DNA of 6,806 bases. Origin: Candidatus Culexmicrobium profundum (GTDB lineage Archaea > Thermoproteota > Methanomethylicia > Culexarchaeales > Culexmicrobiaceae). A model generated the notes under the pieces. That model searched no databases and was not told the origin of the DNA. It saw only the letters and a list, made by a program, of their open reading frames with translations. Position numbers and translations under genes: made by a program. Below are positions 1 to 4,949 of the stretch, piece by piece (positions within the stretch are counted from its first letter, which is position 1; every line of letters starts with the position of its first letter). The stretch spans positions 1 through 6,806 of the forward strand of contig JANZKD010000093.1 of assembly GCA_025061245.1 (NCBI GenBank). Direction: 5' to 3'.

Positions 1-192
1 CTGGTACTTAAAGCTATAGCTGAGGAAGCAAAATCATGGTCTTCAGTAAGAAGATATGTTGAGGAGAAAATGGGAGTAACTATACCAAAGTCTTCATTAA
101 CAAGAATAATAAAGAAACTAGAAAAACTAAGCATAGTTAAGAATTATGAATTTCTAGACCCAATATATGAGAGAGCCTCCAAGAAACTATAA
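1..192 (+). CDS. 3' end (63 codons + TAA) of an archaeal-ATPase-like protein with a winged-helix C-terminal tail; 5' partial at window edge
   Basis: Frame 1 is open from base 1 to TAA at 190-192: LVLKAIAEEAKSWSSVRRYVEEKMGVTIPKSSLTRIIKKLEKLSIVKNYEFLDPIYERASKKL. From memory this resembles the DUF234-like wHTH tail that follows PF01637 'archaeal ATPase' domains. It is not in the ORF track because it has no start in the window. Confidence 0.45.
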   Translation: MVLKAIAEEAKSWSSVRRYVEEKMGVTIPKSSLTRIIKKLEKLSIVKNYEFLDPIYERASKKL

Positions 193-231
193 GCATAGGC
201 TATTTCACCTTCAAATTCAATTAACAGTCAA

Positions 232-240
232 TTTAAAATA
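232..240 (+). promoter_or_regulatory. Putative archaeal TATA box for the 263-1135 gene (leaderless-type spacing)
   Basis: tttaaaata is centred about 27 nt upstream of ATG 263. No Shine-Dalgarno-like motif lies between them. Confidence 0.35.
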
Positions 241-262
241 ATTTTGAATTCAATTTTAATTT

Positions 263-1135
263 ATGAAGTGTCGGGTGGATGAATTTGTAATTGATGAATT
301 CCTCCAAGTGAAATTGAAGGTTTATACTATTGGTGATGGTAAGCCGACAATTCTAATAACAGGTGGAATACATGGAGATGAAACAACAGGAGTATATGCA
401 GCCTTTAAACTAAAAGAATACCTGTTAAATACAAGTTTAAAGGGGACTGTAAAGATCATTCCAATATCAAATCCAATAGCCTTTAGATGTAGAGTGAGAG
501 CCTCACCAATCGACAACACAGACCTAAATCGAGTATTCCCAGGAAACCCCAATGGAAGCCACACATCAAAAATAGCAGCAAAAATATGGGAAATAGCTCA
601 AACAGCAGACTACATCCTAGACCTACACTGCTGCGGTCAAACATGCCACCCATACATACTAGCAATCCACAAAGAATACCAACACATCAAAAATTACATC
701 CTAAAGATACCACTACCCTACGCAGTAGAGTCATCAGGTTTAAGAGGACAACTCTTCATAGAAGCCTCACACCTAGGAAAACCAGCAGCCATAATAGAAG
801 TAACAGGAGGACGAGGCATCTACAACCCCGAAATCGGTGAAATGCTATTCGAAGCAGTTAAAGGATTACTAACAAATCTAAACCTAATCGAAGGAGAAAA
901 AATTGATAGAAAACCAAAACTATACGACAAACTAAATCCAGTAACAATCAACCTAGAAGGATTCTTCAAACCCAAACTAAAACCAGGAACAGAAGTAAAA
1001 GCCGAAACCATCATAGGAGAAATCAATGGACAAGAAATCAAAGCAGGAATAGACGGACTCCTAATAAGAATAAGCCCACCAACCTATGTATTCAAAGGAG
1101 AATCAATAGCAAGCATAGCAGCAAAACTAGAGTAA
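263..1135 (+). CDS. Succinylglutamate desuccinylase/aspartoacylase (AstE/AspA) family zinc hydrolase, M14-carboxypeptidase-like
   Basis: 290-aa ORF. It has the HxxE zinc motif in ILITGGIHGDETTG, the family-typical DLNRVFPG, and a third His ligand in YILDLHCCG. Spacing of the three motifs fits the family. Confidence 0.85.
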   Translation: MKCRVDEFVIDEFLQVKLKVYTIGDGKPTILITGGIHGDETTGVYAAFKLKEYLLNTSLKGTVKIIPISNPIAFRCRVRASPIDNTDLNRVFPGNPNGSHTSKIAAKIWEIAQTADYILDLHCCGQTCHPYILAIHKEYQHIKNYILKIPLPYAVESSGLRGQLFIEASHLGKPAAIIEVTGGRGIYNPEIGEMLFEAVKGLLTNLNLIEGEKIDRKPKLYDKLNPVTINLEGFFKPKLKPGTEVKAETIIGEINGQEIKAGIDGLLIRISPPTYVFKGESIASIAAKLE

Positions 1136-1295
1136 ACTACAATAGAAGCTTGCTTGCTCAGTACTCACAACGTTATTTTCCCATCAACTAACATGAATGA
1201 TGACATTTAAAGAGTTGGTTAAAATAACATGTAGTAGATGAAGTTTAAGGTAAGATTTAAGTATGACTCAATTCTTACCATTTAAATGTGAAACC

Positions 1296-1556
1296 ATGTT
1301 TAAGACTGTTGTTTCCAAGAAAGGTCAAGTCGTCATACCAAAAAACATTAGAGAAATGCTAGGACTAACAACTGGAACAATCCTAAAAGTCTCAGTTGAA
1401 AAAAAGAAGATTATACTCGAACCAATAGAAGAACCACCAAAAGAAATCTTCATAGAAGCAGGATCAAAAATAACTGAAAAAATAATACGAGAAGCCAAAA
1501 CCCTAAGCGACAAAACCATCAAACTACTCAAAGACCTAGGTGTAGAAATTGAGTAA
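1296..1556 (+). CDS. vapB: AbrB/SpoVT-fold antitoxin (VapB-like)
   Basis: MFKTVVSKKGQVVIPKNIREMLGLTTGTILKVSVEKKKIILEP is a typical SpoVT/AbrB swapped-hairpin N-terminus. It sits immediately upstream of a PIN gene and overlaps it. The ORF track starts at ATG 1263, but ATG 1296 gives the usual N-terminus, so the start is uncertain. Confidence 0.8.
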   Translation: MFKTVVSKKGQVVIPKNIREMLGLTTGTILKVSVEKKKIILEPIEEPPKEIFIEAGSKITEKIIREAKTLSDKTIKLLKDLGVEIE

Positions 1557-2004
1557 AATAGTACTAGACACCAGCGTCATAATAGAATACATAGACAAAA
1601 AAGCAGACTACCACCAACAAGCCAAAACCATATTCAACACAATCACGCAAGGAAAACTAGAAGCCATAATACCCCACCCAACCCTAACCGAAACATACTA
1701 CGTCGCCAAAAAAATCTACAAAACCCTCAAAACAAAAAACCCACAACAAAAAGCCAAAAAACTAATAGAATGGCTATACCGCCACTCACAAATACAAATA
1801 AAAGGACTAAACCTACAACTCGCCCTAGAAGCAGGCAAAATAAAACTAAAATACAACATAGCCCTAACCGACTGCTACGTAATCGCATCAACAAAAATCT
1901 ACAACGCAAAAGCAATATTCAAAAAACGAGAAAAAGAACTACAAAACAAAATAACAAACATACAAAAAGAATACCCAATAATATTCCTAGAAGACTACGC
2001 ATAA
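1549..2004 (+). CDS. vapC: PIN-domain ribonuclease toxin (VapC-like)
   Basis: Starts MSKIVLDTSVIIEY (PIN Asp at residue 7), with E48 (TLTETYY) and D108 (IALTDCYVIA). The TTG start at 1549 overlaps the vapB stop (1554-1556) by 8 nt. The fourth acidic residue (usual T-x-D-x-D-F region) is not evident in AKAIFKKREKEL. Confidence 0.8.
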   Translation: MSKIVLDTSVIIEYIDKKADYHQQAKTIFNTITQGKLEAIIPHPTLTETYYVAKKIYKTLKTKNPQQKAKKLIEWLYRHSQIQIKGLNLQLALEAGKIKLKYNIALTDCYVIASTKIYNAKAIFKKREKELQNKITNIQKEYPIIFLEDYA

Positions 2005-2287
2005 ACTAACTATAAATTAAACTAACTCTATTCAAATTTTCTTAATCTATCTTTCAATATTGACGTAAACAATGATTCCTTAGCTAAAGTTAAAAATTAG
2101 AAAATTAATCCATCGTAGTTCAAGTATTTTTGATGTTTAGGCATAATGTAATAAAGTTAAAGGAAACATAACTTTACTTTAGACTTATATTGTCTGAAAG
2201 AAATACTTTTAAGGTTTCTACTTATAGCTTTGTTCAGAGTTAAGATATATTGCTATCCTAATCTAATGCGATTTCCTGAAGAGGTTG

Positions 2288-2992
2288 ATGGAAGTCGTGT
2301 TGGAGACTGATTATGATGTCTTTGAAAAGCAACTTAGTAATAGTGCGTGGGAAGATAAAATTAGGATTTGTATTCGCGGTATTTTTAATAATGTCTTCTT
2401 TAGAGGAGCAAAATTTATTAGTGATCTGAACATGGAGACGTTAAGAGAAAGATTTCCAGAAGTCTATGAAACTGTTAAGGACAATAATGTTAGGAGAGCA
2501 TTGATAATTTCTGAAATGTTTAAGGCTACTATTGAAACCACAATTCTGCGAAAACTTGGTGTCGAAGAGTTAGAAATAGAAATCGACGGTACGCATCCAA
2601 GTACTGGATTTCATGGATGGAATTTTCTAACATTAATCCGTCAACGAGATTTCACTCAAGCAGAGAATCTTTATGGTGGAAAAGATGCTGTAAAAATATT
2701 TTTTAAGAGTATTTTCTTTATATCAAAGGAATTATACAGTGTGCTGAATTCACCGGTTTTGAGAGATGTTTGGAGAGCAAGAAGTGGGCTAGAATTTAAA
2801 CGTGATAAACTTAGAGAAATTATATTTTCTGAGTTGCAGGATATTGCACAGAATATTCCTAATGAAGCTAAATGTTTCACAGATCTGAAAAAAGCAGTTA
2901 ATACACTGGTTTATTTCCTATACTATTGGTATGTTTCTGTTGGAAAGAAAGTTAAAAGAAAATTAGAAAGACTGTTGGATATCAAACTGTAA
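2288..2992 (+). CDS. Hypothetical protein (234 aa from ATG 2288), predicted mostly helical, no family recognised
   Basis: Long ORF with ordinary A/T-ending codon usage. A GAGGT Shine-Dalgarno-like motif at 2281-2285 lies just upstream of ATG 2288; the track starts one codon earlier at TTG 2285. I could identify no motif (no P-loop, no Rx4-6H HEPN motif, no metal-binding Cys/His cluster). Confidence 0.6.
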   Translation: MEVVLETDYDVFEKQLSNSAWEDKIRICIRGIFNNVFFRGAKFISDLNMETLRERFPEVYETVKDNNVRRALIISEMFKATIETTILRKLGVEELEIEIDGTHPSTGFHGWNFLTLIRQRDFTQAENLYGGKDAVKIFFKSIFFISKELYSVLNSPVLRDVWRARSGLEFKRDKLREIIFSELQDIAQNIPNEAKCFTDLKKAVNTLVYFLYYWYVSVGKKVKRKLERLLDIKL

Positions 2993-3111
2993 AGAACAAA
3001 GCAATAAAGCTAATATTACTAAGAAGTTAAGATAAAATATAAAATTAAATCCCTTAAGTACATAATTATTATATTTTAACGGTCCACTTAATATTAGATA
3101 ACGATTGGGAC

Positions 3112-3129
3112 GAAAGCTGCACAGCTTTC
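3112..3129. repeat. Perfect 8-bp palindromic hairpin gaaagctg-ca-cagctttc
   Basis: Read directly from the sequence. GC-richer than the surrounding AT-rich spacer, between the orphan gene and the tRNA promoter. Function unknown. Confidence 0.5.
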
Positions 3130-3170
3130 CGAATAATTAGTTGAATTAAATTTATAACTGTAAATGGTGA

Positions 3171-3180
3171 ATTTATTTTT
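3171..3180 (+). promoter_or_regulatory. Putative TATA box of the tRNA-His gene
   Basis: atttattttt is centred about 25 nt upstream of G(-1) at 3200. Confidence 0.35.
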
Positions 3181-3199
3181 CGAAGTTGTGGCCCGGAAT

Positions 3200-3316
3200 G
3201 GCCCGGATTGGGTCTCAAACCCTGCACGGAGAGCTCAGTCTGGTTAGAGCGCCAGCCTGTGGAGTCGATGTTTCGCAGAGAGCTGGTGGTCGCGGGTTCA
3301 AATCCCGCTCCGGGCC
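3200..3316 (+). tRNA. tRNA-His (anticodon GTG) with a canonical 37/38 intron (about 3263-3280) and a probable second, non-canonical about 23-nt intron (about 3209-3231) between the acceptor 5' arm and the D-stem
   Basis: Hand fold: G-1 3200; acceptor gcccgga 3201-3207 pairs with tccgggc 3309-3315; U8 3208. D-arm is gctc/agtctggtta/gagc (3233-3250). Anticodon stem is ccagc 3252-3256 / gctgg 3282-3286. The loop is c-t-GTG-g, then the intron, then a. A 4-bp helix (3257-3260 with 3275-3278) is flanked by 3-nt bulges gga and aga, which is bulge-helix-bulge-like. Variable loop is tggtc. T-arm is gcggg/ttcaaat/cccgc (3292-3308). Discriminator C73 is at 3316, and G-1:C73 is the tRNA-His identity pair. 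CCA is not encoded. An alternative contiguous 5' end at 3224 is discussed in findings. Confidence 0.8.
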
Positions 3317-3319
3317 TCC

Positions 3320-3560
3320 ATTATTCATCCTATTTTAGACTACCTTATCATTGAGCTGCAATAGCTTTGAAGCTTTGAGATTTGGTCGCTTATTTTCTCG
3401 ACTGAGTGCTTAATGTTCCCGACCACAGGCCTGGATTTGGAGTCTGGATGACTCCTTCTCCTTCATTGAGGCTATTGCCTCTTCCAGAGCTCTCGGGGGA
3501 ATCCAGGCTCCCCGCATCTGAAGGTTTAATGCTGCTATTACGTCTCTGTCTATTGTGAAG
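3320..3560 (-). ncRNA. Putative TnpB omega/reRNA region (3' end of tnpB plus right end of the element); boundaries not determined
   Basis: In characterised TnpB systems the guide RNA scaffold overlaps the tnpB 3' end and the right end of the element. Here 3410-3545 is locally GC-richer and rich in hairpins, for example ggagtc-tggat-gactcc at 3439-3455. It also escapes the strand bias of the rest of the gene. Positional inference only. Confidence 0.25.
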
Positions 3561-4748
3561 TTGCATTTGGGGGCATTTTACTTTTCTTTCTTTTAGTTCT
3601 ATGAGTTTGTTTTGACATTTTGGACATGTTTTTGATGTGTTTTTTGGGTCAACGTATTTTACTGGTAGTCCGTGCCATTTTAGCTTGTATTCTAGCATTT
3701 TTTGTATTTTTCTTGCATCCCATTTTGATAGTTTTCTATTCATTGACTTTGACTTGTTTAGTATGTGTCTTTTTATGTCTTTTAGGTCTTCTAGTATTGC
3801 TCCGTAGCCTTTTTGGACTAGTTCTCTTACTATTTTTGTTGTTAGTTTGTGTATGAAGTCGTTTGTTCTGTTTAGTTCTCTTTTTGAGTATTTTTGTAGT
3901 AGTTTCCTTGCTGTTTTTGGTTTTTTCTTGGCTAGTCTTTGTATTCTTTGTCTTTTGATTTCGTAGACTCTGTGTATGTGGTAGAGTGGTTTTAGGTCGT
4001 AGCGTTTTATTTCTCCGTTTATGTAGGCGGTTATGTTTGTTAGGTTTATGTCGAAGCTTGCCCATCCTTTTGGCTTTTTTATTGTTACTTTTTTCTTTAG
4101 TGTTAGTATTAGTTTGTTTTCTATTAGGAGTAGTCCTCCTATTTTGTCGAAGTCTTTTGGTATCCATGGATACTTGTTTAAGTCAATTATTATACAGCGC
4201 TTATAGGGTTCGATACTTATTCTGAGAATGCCATCTTTATAGCTGAATAATGACATTTTAATATATACGACTTTTCTTCTCACTTTCGGCTTGTTCTTGA
4301 ATACTCCTCGATTGTAATTTGAAATCCATGATCTCACTATGCTATAGGCCATGTCCATAGCTGAGTCAACATAGTTTTTAGTGAACTTCCAATTCTTCAA
4401 TAGTTCTTTTCTCAATTGCTTCTTGAACTCATTGGTTATAACTAGTTTTGCTTTTCTCTTTTCTGTGTATTGTATTTGTTTTAGTATTGCTTGTAGTGCT
4501 TTGCATTCTATTTGGTGGTAGGCTTCTATGAGGTCTTTGGGTGCTTTTATTGGTATGCTTCTTGCTTTGCATACTTCTATTGTTTTTTCTTGTCCAGTCA
4601 AGTTTGTTTGGGGTGAGCTCTTTTTCCCCAAACTTTCCTCCTTGTTCTCTAGTTCTCTTTTTCTCTTTTTTCTGCCCTCGTGTGAGGGCTTTTTTCTGTT
4701 TTCCGTCTGCCCAACTCCTTCGCATCTCTGCTTCATGGGTTTCTGCAT
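3390..4748 (-). CDS. tnpB: TnpB (IS200/IS605 OrfB, RuvC-like RNA-guided nuclease), frameshifted near the C-terminus; true start probably downstream of the annotated ATG
   Basis: RuvC-I Asp is in GWASFDINLTN and RuvC-II Glu in GAILEDLKDIK. The first zinc-ribbon half is NTSKTCPKC. At the C5 run (minus strand, 3569-3573) the listed frame reads KCPQMQLHNRQRR. With one C fewer it reads KCPKCNFTIDRDVIAALNLQMRGAW..., giving the second CxxC plus the DRD RuvC-III motif, with a stop at 3410-3412. The first 49 codons (MQKPMKQRCEGVGQ..RKKRKRELENKEE) look non-coding and structured. An in-frame TTG at 4601 is a candidate start. Confidence 0.85.
   Translation of the reverse strand: MQKPMKQRCEGVGQTENRKKPSHEGRKKRKRELENKEESLGKKSSPQTNLTGQEKTIEVCKARSIPIKAPKDLIEAYHQIECKALQAILKQIQYTEKRKAKLVITNEFKKQLRKELLKNWKFTKNYVDSAMDMAYSIVRSWISNYNRGVFKNKPKVRRKVVYIKMSLFSYKDGILRISIEPYKRCIIIDLNKYPWIPKDFDKIGGLLLIENKLILTLKKKVTIKKPKGWASFDINLTNITAYINGEIKRYDLKPLYHIHRVYEIKRQRIQRLAKKKPKTARKLLQKYSKRELNRTNDFIHKLTTKIVRELVQKGYGAILEDLKDIKRHILNKSKSMNRKLSKWDARKIQKMLEYKLKWHGLPVKYVDPKNTSKTCPKCQNKLIELKERKVKCPQMQLHNRQRRNSSIKPSDAGSLDSPESSGRGNSLNEGEGVIQTPNPGLWSGTLSTQSRK
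4606..4633. repeat. Perfect 8-bp hairpin gtttgggg / ccccaaac with a 12-nt loop
   Basis: Read directly from the sequence. It lies just upstream (minus-strand sense) of the candidate TTG start at 4601. Confidence 0.6.
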
Positions 4749-4772
4749 GTGATTGCGGAGTTGGGCAGACGG
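4703..4772. repeat. Perfect 16-bp inverted repeat (ccgtctgcccaactcc 4703-4718 / ggagttgggcagacgg 4757-4772) with a 38-nt spacer
   Basis: Read directly from the sequence. The spacer contains both in-frame ATGs (4748, 4736) of the listed tnpB ORF. Confidence 0.8.
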
Positions 4773-4835
4773 GTAAAAAGGTGGGTGGGGTTTAGGTTTG
4801 CTGTGGGGCTCGTTTGTGATGTTTCTTGGTGGGCG

Positions 4836-4859
4836 GAGTTAGGCATTTACGCCTAACTC
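4836..4859. repeat. Perfect 9-bp hairpin gagttaggc / gcctaactc with a 6-nt loop; candidate subterminal (left-end) IS hairpin
   Basis: Read directly from the sequence. IS200/IS605 ends carry subterminal hairpins. The assignment to the IS end is positional inference. Confidence 0.5.
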
Positions 4860-4922
4860 TTTCACCTCGCACTGAACATTGTATGTTTTATCTTGGCTTA
4901 TGCATGTCTTCATCCCATTTGG

Positions 4923-4948
4923 AGGGTTGGACTTCCTGCAGCAACCCT
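4923..4948. repeat. Perfect 7-bp hairpin agggttg / caaccct with a 12-nt loop, directly after the ATPase-fragment stop (minus-strand sense)
   Basis: Read directly from the sequence. It could be a 3'-end structure of the ATPase transcript or part of the IS end. Confidence 0.45.
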
Positions 4949-4949
4949 T

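Larger units (their letters stand above)
3330..4949 (-). mobile_element. tnpB-only IS200/IS605-family (IS1341-like) element; no tnpA present; ends approximate
   Basis: The tnpB ORF comes with a hairpin-rich upstream (left-end-like) region at 4606-4948 and a structured 3' region. It is wedged between the tRNA-His 3' end and the stop of the ATPase fragment. Exact termini and target-adjacent motif cannot be set without other copies. Confidence 0.45.

Noticed and set aside
2002-2027. 10-nt direct repeat taaactaact (2002-2011 and 2018-2027) after the vapC stop
   Set aside because: It is a short, AT-rich, single duplication that is plausible by chance in this composition. It has no associated element.
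322-2880. ORFs 322-564(-), 483-665(-), 586-840(+), 820-1041(-), 1325-1531(-), 1727-1915(-), 1770-2009(+) and 2671-2880(-)
   Set aside because: All are nested in, or antisense to, the well-supported AstE-like, vapB, vapC and orphan ORFs. None has a motif or an independent start context.
2005-3199. Replication-origin motifs (ORB/mini-ORB dyads, orc1/cdc6) in the skew-switch spacers
   Set aside because: There is only a short tccac fragment (near 3083) and generic AT-rich sequence. No repeated dyad elements and no initiator gene lie in the window, so the origin idea is kept only as a low-confidence inference from skew polarity.
3190-3207. Tandem ggcccgga octamers as att sites of an integrase-mediated insertion
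   Set aside because: The repeat is far shorter than typical archaeal tRNA att sites (tens of nt). No integrase gene is in the window, and the copies are adjacent rather than flanking an element. This is kept only as an alternative in the tRNA finding.
3736-4725. Minus-strand ORFs 3736-4167 and 4429-4725 (K/R/T/N-rich)
   Set aside because: They are off-frame readings inside tnpB. Their low-complexity basic sequence is a by-product of the A/C-rich sense strand.
4602-4748. First 49 codons of the listed tnpB ORF treated as genuine N-terminus
   Set aside because: The sequence is K/R/E low-complexity and unlike TnpB N-termini. It is occupied by perfect hairpins, including the 16-bp inverted repeat around the ATGs. 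It is more likely left-end or leader sequence, and the real start is unresolved (TTG 4601 is a candidate).
4771-4810. G-tract cluster (gggtaaaaaggtgggtggggtttaggtttgctgtgggg) as a G-quadruplex element
   Set aside because: G runs are expected by chance in a strongly G/T-rich strand. One loop would be long, and nothing else supports a function.
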